The position numbers were made by a program, and so were the translations under genes. Below, in pieces: positions 7,560 through 15,902 of a stretch of DNA of 17,513 bases (its first letter is position 1; every line of letters starts with the position of its first letter). The notes beneath the pieces were generated by a model. It was not told where the DNA came from, did not search any database, and saw only the letters and a list, made by a program, of their open reading frames with translations. The stretch comes from an uncultured delta proteobacterium (GTDB taxonomy: Bacteria > Desulfobacterota > Binatia > UBA9968): positions 1-17,513 of the forward strand of contig CAWJBB010000056.1 in assembly GCA_963840855.1 (NCBI GenBank), in the 5' to 3' direction.

Positions 7560-8537
7560 TTATTCTCGGTGCAGCAGCCGCGCCGCGTCTTTGGCGAAAT
7601 AGGTAAGAATCATGTCCGCGCCGGCGCGGCGGATCGAAAGTAGAACCTCCATCATGATGCGCTGTTCGTCGATCCAGCCGTTGGCCCCCGCCGCTTTGAT
7701 CATCGAGTACTCGCCGCTGACGTTATAGGCAGCCACCGGATAGCCGAACTTCTGCTTGACGCGGTAAACGACGTCGAGGTAGGCCATCGCCGGTTTTACC
7801 ATGACGATGTCCGCGCCCTCGCGGATGTCCATTTCGACTTCCCGCAACGCCTCATCTGCGTTTGCCGGGTCCATCTGGTACGAGCGGCGGTCGCCGAACT
7901 GCGGTGTCGACTCCGCCGCTTCGCGAAACGGCCCGTAAAATCCCGACGCGTATTTAGCCGCGTAAGCCATGATCGCGGTGTGCGCAAAACCGTTTTCGTC
8001 GAGCGACTTGCGAATCGCGCCGACCCGCCCATCCATCATATCCGATGGCCCGACAATATCGGCGCCGGCGCGGGCGTGAGACAGCGCTTCTTTCGCGAGC
8101 AACTCCAGGGTGCTGTCGTTGTCAACGTCGCCATTTTTGATCACCCCACAGTGGCCATGGTCGGTGTATTCGCACAAACAGACGTCGGTGATCACCAGCA
8201 TCTCGGGAGTTTTCTCTTTCATGAGCCGAATCGCCCGCTGCACCACACCGTCGTCAGCGTAGGCTTCGCTGCCCGCGCCATCTTTGTGTTCCGGAATACC
8301 GAAGAGAATTACCGCCGGTATTCCTAACGCACTGGCCTCCTCGCACTCGCGCGCCGCGCGGTCTACGGACAATTGCGCCACGCCGGGCATGGACGAAACC
8401 GGCTGAACCTTGTCCTTTCCCGGACCGATGAATAGCGGATAGATGAGATTCTTCGGGCTGAGGCTCGTTTCACGCACCATCGTCCTGATTCTTTCATTGC
8501 GCCTCAGTCGTCTTGGCCGGTAACGCGGAAAGTCCAT
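7560..8537 (-). CDS. hemB: Porphobilinogen synthase (delta-aminolevulinic acid dehydratase)
   Basis: RPRRLRR N-terminus, Zn-binding [60 protein letters not shown]. Confidence 0.98.
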   Translation of the reverse strand: MDFPRYRPRRLRRNERIRTMVRETSLSPKNLIYPLFIGPGKDKVQPVSSMPGVAQLSVDRAARECEEASALGIPAVILFGIPEHKDGAGSEAYADDGVVQRAIRLMKEKTPEMLVITDVCLCEYTDHGHCGVIKNGDVDNDSTLELLAKEALSHARAGADIVGPSDMMDGRVGAIRKSLDENGFAHTAIMAYAAKYASGFYGPFREAAESTPQFGDRRSYQMDPANADEALREVEMDIREGADIVMVKPAMAYLDVVYRVKQKFGYPVAAYNVSGEYSMIKAAGANGWIDEQRIMMEVLLSIRRAGADMILTYFAKDAARLLHRE

Positions 8538-8583
8538 TTGTTTCTCCGACCTCCCCTCCCATTTCCTCCCCCGCTTACGCAGG

Positions 8584-9402
8584 TTAGGGTGGGGGCAAAT
8601 TGCCTTGGAAATATTCGACCATAGCGTATACCAATCCGGTAATCGTAAACTCCCGCGCCGATACTGCAGCGATACCGCCTAGCTCTTCGATGGTTTTTTT
8701 TGTGATCGGTCCGATGCAGGCAATCGGCGTCTCGGCCAAGATATCCGCCAACCGTTGCCCGTCGAACAGCCGCGCGAAATTCGATACCGTGCTGGGACTA
8801 GTGAACGTAACCATGTCGATGGCCCGCCGCCGGAGCGTTTCTTTCAGCTTGCCTGTGTCGGCTTGCGGAATGACCGTGCGATAGGTTTCGACGACATCGA
8901 CCTCGGCGCCCCACTGCCTTAGCGTTTCGGGTAAAATTTCTCGCGCTTTGGCCGCGCGTGGGATCAGGACGCGCTTGCCGCGCATGGCCGCCGTATTCAG
9001 GACGTCAAGAATGCCCTCGGCCTGGTAAGTCGCGGGCACCAAGCAGTTCTTCACGCCGGCCGTTTCCAAGCGTTTCGCCGTTTCAGGCCCGATAGCGGCG
9101 ATTTGAACGTCCTCCAGTTCGGCCACGCTTCTTTTATGTTGAGCCATGCATTCAAAAAATCTCTCGACGCCGTTGGTGCTGGTGAACATCAGCCAGTCGT
9201 AGCAATTTAATTTTTTGATGGCTTCCTCGAGCGGCCGTGGATCCCTAGGAGGATGTATCTCAATCGTCGGGAATTCGATCACCTCGCCACCCTGCTCTTC
9301 AATTCTGCGCGCCAAGCTATCCGCTTGGGCCCGGGCCCGCGTAATCACGATGCGCTTCCCCAACAGAATCTGCGACGCCGGCGCCGGGTGGTTACCGTTC
9401 AT
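8584..9402 (-). CDS. hemD: Uroporphyrinogen-III synthase
   Basis: [53 protein letters not shown]. Located between hemC and hemB. Confidence 0.93.
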   Translation of the reverse strand: MNGNHPAPASQILLGKRIVITRARAQADSLARRIEEQGGEVIEFPTIEIHPPRDPRPLEEAIKKLNCYDWLMFTSTNGVERFFECMAQHKRSVAELEDVQIAAIGPETAKRLETAGVKNCLVPATYQAEGILDVLNTAAMRGKRVLIPRAAKAREILPETLRQWGAEVDVVETYRTVIPQADTGKLKETLRRRAIDMVTFTSPSTVSNFARLFDGQRLADILAETPIACIGPITKKTIEELGGIAAVSAREFTITGLVYAMVEYFQGNLPPP

Positions 9403-9416
9403 GTCCTACGACTCGC

Positions 9417-10337
9417 TTACTCCGGCTGCAACCGCGCCAGCAGCTTTTGCGCCCCCTGGCTGAGCAGCCGATCAGCCAACTCTTTTCCCAACTCTTCGGC
9501 TTTCATGGCCAGTCCAGCCAGTTCGGCCTTGAAAAGCTCATGGCCACCCGGGTCCGCGACAACGCCGATGATCTCGATCAATTCACCATAAACCTGAGCC
9601 CGTGCCCCTACGGGCAAATGGCAACCGCCACCGAGGCGTTTGAGCAGACCGCGCTCGCCCTGCACCTCGAAATGCGTCGGCATATCATCGAGGAACTCGT
9701 ATTCTTCGCGCAAGGAATCATCGTCGCGCGCCTCGACGGCCAGCGCGCCTTGAGCCGCGGCGCCCACGCAGATATCTCCAGGAAGAAATTCGCTAATGCG
9801 GTCTTCCCTGCCGATGCGCTTGAGTCCCGCCGCGGCCATGACCAGGGCATCGACCTCGCCGGCGTCGAGTTTTTTGAGACGGGTATCGATGTTGCCGCGA
9901 ATCGGCGCCACGGATAAATCGGCGCGGTAATGTAAAAGCTGGGCTTTGCGCCTCAAGCTGCCGGTGCCGATCCGCGCGCCGGCAGGCAATTCGCTCAACC
10001 GCGCGCCGCTTCGCGCCACCAACACATCGCGCGGATCTTCCCGCTCCGGCACGGCGATGATGGCCAGGCCCGGCGCCAATTCCGTCGGCAGGTCCTTCAT
10101 CGAATGCACGGCGAGATCGATTTCGCCGCTGAGCAAAGCCTCTTCGATCTCTTTGGTGAAGACGCCTTTGCCGCCAATGGCCTGGAGGGAAGCTTCGACG
10201 AAGCGGTCGCCACTGGTCTTGATGATTCGAAGGTTCACCTCCGCCGCCGGCCACTGCCGCTCGATCTCTCCCTTCAGCCAATTGGCCTGCGCCAACGCGA
10301 GGGCGCTCCCGCGGGTGCCGATGCGGACGGTTTTCAC
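9417..10337 (-). CDS. hemC: Hydroxymethylbilane synthase (porphobilinogen deaminase)
   Basis: IGTRGSALALAQA, GGKGVFTKEIE, AVHSMKDLP, GTGSLRRKAQ, IRGNIDTRL, and the cofactor-binding Cys in LGGGCHLPVG. Confidence 0.97.
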   Translation of the reverse strand: MKTVRIGTRGSALALAQANWLKGEIERQWPAAEVNLRIIKTSGDRFVEASLQAIGGKGVFTKEIEEALLSGEIDLAVHSMKDLPTELAPGLAIIAVPEREDPRDVLVARSGARLSELPAGARIGTGSLRRKAQLLHYRADLSVAPIRGNIDTRLKKLDAGEVDALVMAAAGLKRIGREDRISEFLPGDICVGAAAQGALAVEARDDDSLREEYEFLDDMPTHFEVQGERGLLKRLGGGCHLPVGARAQVYGELIEIIGVVADPGGHELFKAELAGLAMKAEELGKELADRLLSQGAQKLLARLQPE

Positions 10338-10383
10338 GACACTAACCTCGCGAGTTTATCCGCTCCTACGCGGCGGCATCTGA

Positions 10384-11670
10384 TCATTTGCCCTCCAGGT
10401 CAAAGAGCTTTTTCAAGGCGGCTATAGACCGCATGTCCTCTTCGTCTTCTTCCGGCGCGTCTTTCTTCAAATGTGAGATCGGGCCGTGCAGCATCTTGTT
10501 GATCATCGCTGCGGTCATGTCGTCGAGGGCTTGCCGTTGTTCCGAGGACAAATCTTTCAGATTGCCGCTCAAGGACCTCGCCAATTCGCGCCGGCGAATC
10601 TCGTCAAAGTGCGCGCGCAGCGCAGCGATGGTTGGCGCGCGCTCCAGCGATCCGATCCAACGCCCGAAACTCTCGACTTCCTGGACCACGATCTCTTCCG
10701 CTTTTTGCGCCTCGTTGGATCGCTCCTGGAGATTTTCTTCGGCGACTTCCTTCAAGTCATCGATGTTGTAGAGATAGGCGTTGTCAATATCGTTGATGGC
10801 AGAGTCGAAATTTCGCCGATCGCCGATGTCGATAAAAAACATCGGCTGCTGCTTGCGCTCGCGCAGCACTTTTTCCACCGCCGGTGCATCCACCAGGATT
10901 TCCGGCGAGCCGGTGCAGCCAATCACCAGGTCGGCCATCTTAAGATAGCGCGGAAAATCTTCGAATAGGATCGGACTTCCATGTATCCGCTCGGCCACCG
11001 CCACCGCCCGTTCAAAAGTACGATTGGTCACCATCAGACTCTTTACGCCGCTGCGCTGGAGCTGGCGCGCCATCAGATCGCCCATCTTGCCCGCGCCGAT
11101 CAGCATGACGGTCTTGTCATCGAAGCTATCGAAGATCCGCTTCGCGAGATCTACCGCCACCGAACTCACGGAAACGGCGCGGCTGGCGATGCCGGTCTCG
11201 GTGCGCACCCGCTTGGCCACGAAAAAGGACCGGTGGAATAGCCGATGCAAGACCGTTCCCACAGTACCGGCTTGCCGCGCAGCATCGTAAAACTCTTTAA
11301 GCTGGCCCAATATCTGCGGCTCGCCCACTACCATGGAGTCGAGGCTTGCCGCCACGCGAAATAAATGGCGCACCGCATCGGCGCCCCGATAAGTGTAAAG
11401 ATGATCCTCCAGACTGCTCCCCGCATGCTCAGCGCGCTGCTCGTCGAGAAATACTTTCATGTCATGACAGGCGGTCTGCGCATCGGCGACCGCCGCGACC
11501 ACTTCGACGCGGTTGCAAGTCGAGAGAATCACGCTTTCTTGGACGGCGGGGTAGCCGCGCAACCGCACCAACGCGTCGCGCACATAGCCGTTTTCGAAAG
11601 CGACGCTTTCGCGCACTTCGATAGGCGCGCTACGGTGATTCAAACCGACGATGACGATCTCTTTTTGCAC
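10384..11670 (-). CDS. hemA: Glutamyl-tRNA reductase
   Basis: VGLNHRSAPIEVRE, active-site LSTCNRVE, HLFRVAASLDSMVVGEPQILGQ, NADPH-binding IGAGKMG. Confidence 0.97.
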   Translation of the reverse strand: MQKEIVIVGLNHRSAPIEVRESVAFENGYVRDALVRLRGYPAVQESVILSTCNRVEVVAAVADAQTACHDMKVFLDEQRAEHAGSSLEDHLYTYRGADAVRHLFRVAASLDSMVVGEPQILGQLKEFYDAARQAGTVGTVLHRLFHRSFFVAKRVRTETGIASRAVSVSSVAVDLAKRIFDSFDDKTVMLIGAGKMGDLMARQLQRSGVKSLMVTNRTFERAVAVAERIHGSPILFEDFPRYLKMADLVIGCTGSPEILVDAPAVEKVLRERKQQPMFFIDIGDRRNFDSAINDIDNAYLYNIDDLKEVAEENLQERSNEAQKAEEIVVQEVESFGRWIGSLERAPTIAALRAHFDEIRRRELARSLSGNLKDLSSEQRQALDDMTAAMINKMLHGPISHLKKDAPEEDEEDMRSIAALKKLFDLEGK

Positions 11671-11673
11671 GGC

Positions 11674-12492
11674 TTATTCGAACCGGCCCCCATGCCGGCT
11701 GGGGAACAAGGTTTCGCCCCAGATAAAGTAACCAAGCACAACGCAGAATCCGAACATGGTAAGAATCGCGGCCTTCTTGCCACGCAAACCCGCGGTGATA
11801 CGCCCGTGCAACAAAGCACCATAAAAAAGCCAGGCGATTCCCGATGAAATCTGCCGCGGGTCCCAAGTCCAATAATCCCCCCAGTAAATGCGCGCCAAGA
11901 GGCTCCCGGTCAAGATGCCGAGGGTCATCAGCGGGAAACCCCATACGAGCAACTGATAGTTCAACCGGTCCAGCGCCTCCAACGACGGGATTCGCTTGAG
12001 GAGAGCGGTCATCTTTTTATGCTTGAGGCCGCGTTCTTGAAGCAGATAAATCAGGCTCACCGCGAAGGCTAAAGCGAAGACCGCGTTGCCGAGGAACGCG
12101 AGCGTGAAATGAACCGGCAGCCAATAAGTCCTCAGTCCCGGCGGCAGCTCACCGCTGGCAGCGCCGAACGCGAAGGCGGCAAGAGTCATGAGGGATGCCA
12201 CCGGCGTCACAATGGCGCCGAGAACCGTGAGCCGGTATTTGATTTGAATGACTAAATAAAGCGCGACAATGAGCCAGCTCTTGAAAGTCAGCGCCTCGTG
12301 AAACTGTGTTACAGCGGGATATCCTTCCTGGAGAAAATGGACGCTCAGCGCCGAGGTGTGGAGCAAGAATCCAGCGAGCAAGACTAGTGTCGGCAGCCGC
12401 GACGCGGTATTGCGAACGAGTACATAGAAGACAAAACTCGCGGTCGCTAGAAGATACAATACCGCGGTGGCCTTGAGCAGGATGATATCCAT
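11674..12492 (-). CDS. ccsA: Cytochrome c assembly family membrane protein (CcsA/HemX-like)
   Basis: Multi-TM protein with YWLPVHFTLAFLG, WGDYWTWDPRQ (WWD-like) and LLHGRITAGLRGKKAA. Sits upstream of hemA. ATG 12492 preferred over TTG 12516 because the latter region contains the promoter -10. Confidence 0.88.
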   Translation of the reverse strand: MDIILLKATAVLYLLATASFVFYVLVRNTASRLPTLVLLAGFLLHTSALSVHFLQEGYPAVTQFHEALTFKSWLIVALYLVIQIKYRLTVLGAIVTPVASLMTLAAFAFGAASGELPPGLRTYWLPVHFTLAFLGNAVFALAFAVSLIYLLQERGLKHKKMTALLKRIPSLEALDRLNYQLLVWGFPLMTLGILTGSLLARIYWGDYWTWDPRQISSGIAWLFYGALLHGRITAGLRGKKAAILTMFGFCVVLGYFIWGETLFPSRHGGRFE

Positions 12493-12504
12493 GATTTCAG
12501 GGCC

Positions 12505-12532
12505 ATTATAGGACAACGTCGGCGGCCTTCAA
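12505..12532 (-). promoter_or_regulatory. Sigma70-type promoter of the ccsA-hem operon
   Basis: Minus strand TTGAAG (12532-12527), 16 nt, perfect TATAAT (12510-12505), 12 nt before ATG 12492. No RBS. Confidence 0.6.
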
Positions 12533-12602
12533 GCCCGTAGAATGCGCTGATTTCTACGCCCCAAATCCAGTCCGCCTGCTGTGCATCTCCCCCCGCCGCA
12601 AC

Positions 12603-12653
12603 CTGGATGCCCGCTGGAGCTTGTCCTGAGTCCAGCCGAAGGGCGGGCATGAC
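12603..12653 (-). repeat. REP-like palindrome GTCATGCCCGC...GCGGGCATCCAG with a second repeat unit in its loop
   Basis: Arms ATGCCCGC (12607-12614) / GCGGGCAT (12643-12650). On the minus strand the loop carries CCCTTCGGCTGGACTCAGGACAAGCT. Confidence 0.6.
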
Positions 12654-12685
12654 GATTGAGGAAACGCCTTCCCCCTCGTCTCACC

Positions 12686-13432
12686 TTACCCCACAAAATG
12701 CGCGCCGCCGTCGACATTCAGCAGCTGCCCGGTCATGAAATCGCTCTCGGGTGACGCCAAGAACATCACGGTGCCAACCAGATCATTTTCCACCTGCGTG
12801 CGTTTGAGCGCGCGACCAGCGACGCGGCTGGCATTGAAGGCTGGATCCACTTGCCGTCCTTCGGTGACGACGAAGCCTGGGCTTACCGTGTTGACGCAAA
12901 TGTTATAATCACCGAGCTCTTTTGCCATCGCCCGAGTCATAGCGATGAGCGCGCCTTTCGAGGTCACGTAATGAATATAATTCTGGCCGCCGTTGAGCGC
13001 CGTGCCGGAAGAAATATTGATGATCTTCCCCTTTCCCTGCTGCTTCATATACGGAAATGCCGCCTTGGCGCAGAGCCACGACCCGCGCACGTTGACCGCC
13101 ATCGCCTTGTCGAATTCATCGACTGCCATTTCCCAAAACACGCTTTTCTTGACGCTCATGAAATACGCCGCATTGTTGACCAGCACATCGACGCCGCCGA
13201 ACTGCTTCGCCACTTCGTCGACCATCGCCCTGACGCTCTTTTCATCCGAAACATCGCACACCATGCTGAGGGCCGTGCCGCCCATGTCCCGGATCGCTTT
13301 CACCACGTGATCGGCGCTGGCAATGTCGGGCAAAGCGACTTTCGCGCCTTCTTTAGCGAAGCCAATGGCGTAAGCTTTGCCGATCTTGCCGCCGCCGCCG
13401 GTAATGATGACTGATTTGTCCGTGAAGCGCAT
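12686..13432 (-). CDS. SDR family NAD(P)-dependent oxidoreductase
   Basis: ITGGGGKIG, VDVLVNNAA, IINISS, catalytic YVTSK, VNTVSPG, FMTGQLLNVDGG. RBS AAGGAGG (13444-13438). Confidence 0.95.
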   Translation of the reverse strand: MRFTDKSVIITGGGGKIGKAYAIGFAKEGAKVALPDIASADHVVKAIRDMGGTALSMVCDVSDEKSVRAMVDEVAKQFGGVDVLVNNAAYFMSVKKSVFWEMAVDEFDKAMAVNVRGSWLCAKAAFPYMKQQGKGKIINISSGTALNGGQNYIHYVTSKGALIAMTRAMAKELGDYNICVNTVSPGFVVTEGRQVDPAFNASRVAGRALKRTQVENDLVGTVMFLASPESDFMTGQLLNVDGGAHFVG

Positions 13433-13466
13433 AAGGGCCTCCTTGAAATATAGGCATCTAGTTCAG

Positions 13467-13496
13467 CCCTTAGCACCGCCCACGCGGACCTGTCAA
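13467..13496 (-). promoter_or_regulatory. Possible sigma70 promoter for the SDR gene
   Basis: Minus strand TTGACA (13496-13491), 18 nt ending in TGC, TAAGGG (13472-13467). The -10 is weak but TG-extended. Confidence 0.4.
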
Positions 13497-13590
13497 TTCC
13501 AAACGAGAGTTCTGGTTGAATCCACGACAGATTTTAGTAATGATCTGTCCGGGGACTTGAAACAAACTGAACGACGCGGGACGTGATGCA

Positions 13591-13680
13591 ATGGCTAAAC
13601 TAAAACTGACCGTCGCCTGTGACAAGTATGATTATTTGCAGCCCCTGCGGGAGGGAAGAGTTCAAGCCAGAAATACGTGA
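13591..13680 (+). pseudogene. 29-codon N-terminal remnant of a 4,5-dihydroxyphthalate decarboxylase-like / solute-binding-fold protein
   Basis: Translates to MAKLKLTVACDKYDYLQPLREGRVQARNT*, matching the recalled family N-terminus (L.LT.AC..YD...PL..G.V). It is followed by AT-rich DNA with a further in-frame stop. Confidence 0.6.
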
Positions 13681-13749
13681 ATTCAAATTACCAGACTACA
13701 CTTAATCTTATAGTTTAAGTTATCGAAAGTAGCACAGGAGGTTTTGCCA

Positions 13750-14850
13750 ATGTCAGATTACCGCATCATCGACGCCGATGGGCATGTCATGGAACTGGAC
13801 AGCGAACTTCGCGAATTCATCGGCCCGCCCTATAAGGATTTGGAATGGCACCAGAGCTATTCCTTCTGGCCGGGTCTCACGATGGACGGCTATCTCCGTT
13901 CGCTGCGCCAGAAGGGCGGCTGGGCTGGCGGCGGCGACGGACCCAAGGCCAATCATTGGCTAGATTTTCTCGACAAAAACAAAATCGAATTGACCGTTCT
14001 TTACCCGACGCAGGGTCTCACCCACGGCGCCATTCAAGACAAAGACTGGGCGATCTGCATGGCGCGGGCCTATAACGACTGGCTTTATAACAAGTTCATG
14101 AAAGTCAGCCCGCGACTGGTGGGGGTCGCGCTCCTGCCGATTCAAGACATTGCCGAAGCCGTGAAAGAACTGCGCCGCGCTGTTAGTGAACTAGGTATGG
14201 TCGGAGCCGTGCTTCCGGCGGTGGCGCCGGCGGGAAGGCTTTACAGCGGGCCTGAGTTCTATCCGCTCTGGGAAGAAGCGCAGAAACTCGACGTGCCGGT
14301 TTCTACGCACGGCGGGCTCAGCATGCCGTCCCTCGGGCTGGACATGGTCAACAACTTTACCATCGGACATACTTTAGAACATCCCTTCGCGCAGATTCGC
14401 CAATTCGTCGCTATGATGTTCGAAGGCGTGTTCGAGCTTTTCCCCAATTTCAAATTCGGCTGCATCGAATGCGGCGTCGGTTGGGTGCCGTACATGATGG
14501 ACCGCATGGACGAGGAACAAGAGCGCAAAGGCCACTACTCGCCGCGCTGCAAGCTCAAGCCGAGCGAATACGTCAAAAAGGGCAATATCTACTTCGCCGT
14601 GGAGGTCGAAGAATCGGCGCTGCCCCTCGCCGCCAAGGTAGCGAACGACAACGCGCTCATCTGGGCATCGGACTATCCCCACGAACGCGACCAGCGCGAC
14701 TTCAGCCAGGACATCCCGAATTTGATCAATCGCAAAGACGTGAGCGACGAGCTGAAGCGCAAGATTTTCTGGGACAACCCGCTGAGATTCTATCCCAGGC
14801 TCAAGACGCGAGTCGAAAAGGAGCAGACGAGAAAAGCCGCCAACGCGTAA
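13750..14850 (+). CDS. Amidohydrolase family protein (Amidohydro_2, decarboxylase/hydratase-like)
   Basis: IIDADGHVME, VLYPT, ARAYNDWL, PLWEEAQKLDVPVSTH, IECGVGWVP, WASDYPH, KIFWDNPLRFY. RBS AGGAGG (13736-13741) favours ATG 13750. Confidence 0.93.
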   Translation: MSDYRIIDADGHVMELDSELREFIGPPYKDLEWHQSYSFWPGLTMDGYLRSLRQKGGWAGGGDGPKANHWLDFLDKNKIELTVLYPTQGLTHGAIQDKDWAICMARAYNDWLYNKFMKVSPRLVGVALLPIQDIAEAVKELRRAVSELGMVGAVLPAVAPAGRLYSGPEFYPLWEEAQKLDVPVSTHGGLSMPSLGLDMVNNFTIGHTLEHPFAQIRQFVAMMFEGVFELFPNFKFGCIECGVGWVPYMMDRMDEEQERKGHYSPRCKLKPSEYVKKGNIYFAVEVEESALPLAAKVANDNALIWASDYPHERDQRDFSQDIPNLINRKDVSDELKRKIFWDNPLRFYPRLKTRVEKEQTRKAANA

Positions 14851-14880
14851 ATACAATCAAGCGCTCTATCGCGCGTCCGA

Positions 14881-14924
14881 CCCTCTCCCGCTCTCATCCT
14901 AACCTTCTCCCAGAGGGAGAAGGA
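14881..14924. repeat. CCCTCTCCC...GGGAGAGGG-type palindromic (REP-like) unit; may also act as a terminator or stabiliser
   Basis: CTCTCATCCTAA, then a perfect 9-bp stem CCTTCTCCC (14903-14911) - AGA - GGGAGAAGG (14915-14923). Confidence 0.6.
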
Positions 14925-14987
14925 ATTAGACTAAGCCCGTTCTACTTGCTATGGACAATAGCGCTGCAATTGCGCTACACCTTATTC

Positions 14988-15740
14988 ATGACCGCTGACG
15001 AGTTCATCGCCGAACTGTGGAGCTACGCCGCCGAAGTCCCGATGGAACAACACCCGTGGTTCGACGGCATCATCAAGCACCGTTGGAGCAAAGAGCAGAT
15101 CATCCTGGGTGAAGTGCAGCATTATCTGCGGGTGCGCACGAATCCGATCTTCTTCGGTTACATGGCCATCAATGCCGTATCGGCCAAGGAATACGCGGTA
15201 ATGGACACCGTCCTGGAAAATTTCATGGAAGAGCTGGGCGGCAAACACACGCACGTCGATATCATGCTGCAATTCCTCCAAGAAGGCGGCATCTCGCGTG
15301 AAGAAGCTGATAACGCCGAGCCCGCGCCCGGGACGTTAGCGGCAATCGAAATGATCATCGGGTGCTGCCAGCGCCGCTCGGCATTGGAAGGTGTCGCCAT
15401 GCTCGCCTTCGTCGAAAGCCAACTTGGCGGCGCTGGTAAAATTTCCGCGAAGGTCTATCGAGAGCTAACCGGTCACTATGGGTTTTCACCACGCGCGGCG
15501 CAAACCTACGATTTGCACGCGGCCCAGGACGAAGGCCACGGCAGCCGTCAGATTGACGCAATTCGCCTGTTAGCGAAGGACGACGAGACCCAGAAAAAGA
15601 TTCGTGCCGCGGTCAAACTTGGGCTGACTGCATTCACCTTGGAATGGGACGGCCATGTCCAGGCAATGACGGGCAAGCGGGAGTTCTGGGGTGGAGTGGC
15701 GGATCTCAATATGCGGCAACCAACGGTTAGATTGCGATAA
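14988..15740 (+). CDS. Heme-oxygenase-like iron-containing redox enzyme (PqqC/CADD/TenA superfamily), 250 aa
   Basis: Start taken as ATG 14988 (MTADEFIAELW...HPWF). Di-iron-type ligand motifs E-x6-H (ELGGKHTH), FVES and H-x3-D-x2-H (HAAQDEGH). The upstream part of the 423-aa track ORF is a shadow overlapping the amidohydrolase. Confidence 0.85.
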   Translation: MTADEFIAELWSYAAEVPMEQHPWFDGIIKHRWSKEQIILGEVQHYLRVRTNPIFFGYMAINAVSAKEYAVMDTVLENFMEELGGKHTHVDIMLQFLQEGGISREEADNAEPAPGTLAAIEMIIGCCQRRSALEGVAMLAFVESQLGGAGKISAKVYRELTGHYGFSPRAAQTYDLHAAQDEGHGSRQIDAIRLLAKDDETQKKIRAAVKLGLTAFTLEWDGHVQAMTGKREFWGGVADLNMRQPTVRLR

Positions 15741-15744
15741 CGAA

Positions 15745-15896
15745 AGTCTAGGGTCTAGCGTTTTGAGTCTAGGGTTAGGGGAGAGGAGAAGCTCAAGACA
15801 CCAGACTCGGGACTCGAAACTGCGATCAGATGGTCTGGGGTCTAGAGTTGATTAGCCGAATCGGAACGCGAAACGCGAGACTCTAAACTCTGGACA
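15745..15896. repeat. Two adjacent inverted 7-bp tandem arrays between convergent genes
   Basis: AGTCTAG GGTCTAG CGTTTTG AGTCTAG (15745-15772) versus CAAGACA CCAGACT CGGGACT CGAAACT (15794-15821). GGTCTGG GGTCTAG (15832-15845) versus CGGAACG CGAAACG CGAGACT CTAAACT CTGGACA (15862-15896). Confidence 0.8.
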
Positions 15897-15902
15897 ACCG
15901 AT

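Noticed and set aside
4041-10386. Genome-wide UGA reassignment (Trp or Gly code) as the explanation for in-frame TGAs
   Set aside because: TGA ends the sigma factor (4041-4043, ATGA overlap), the SBP (7102-7104) and hemA (10386-10384) at expected C-termini, and long genes contain no internal TGA.
12447-12717. Short minus-strand ORFs between ccsA and the SDR
   Set aside because: They translate REP-like repeat and promoter DNA (for example LRLDSGQAPAGIQ) and have no RBS or coding signal.
13678-13680. TGA ending the 29-aa remnant as selenocysteine
   Set aside because: Read-through hits TAG after 10 codons, family similarity has already ended, and there is no convincing hairpin.
14469-14987. 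N-terminal 173 aa of the 423-aa track ORF as a real extension or fusion
   Set aside because: It overlaps the amidohydrolase in another frame and crosses a REP-like repeat. The Arg/Ala-rich sequence looks like a shadow, and the family-like sequence begins at ATG 14988.
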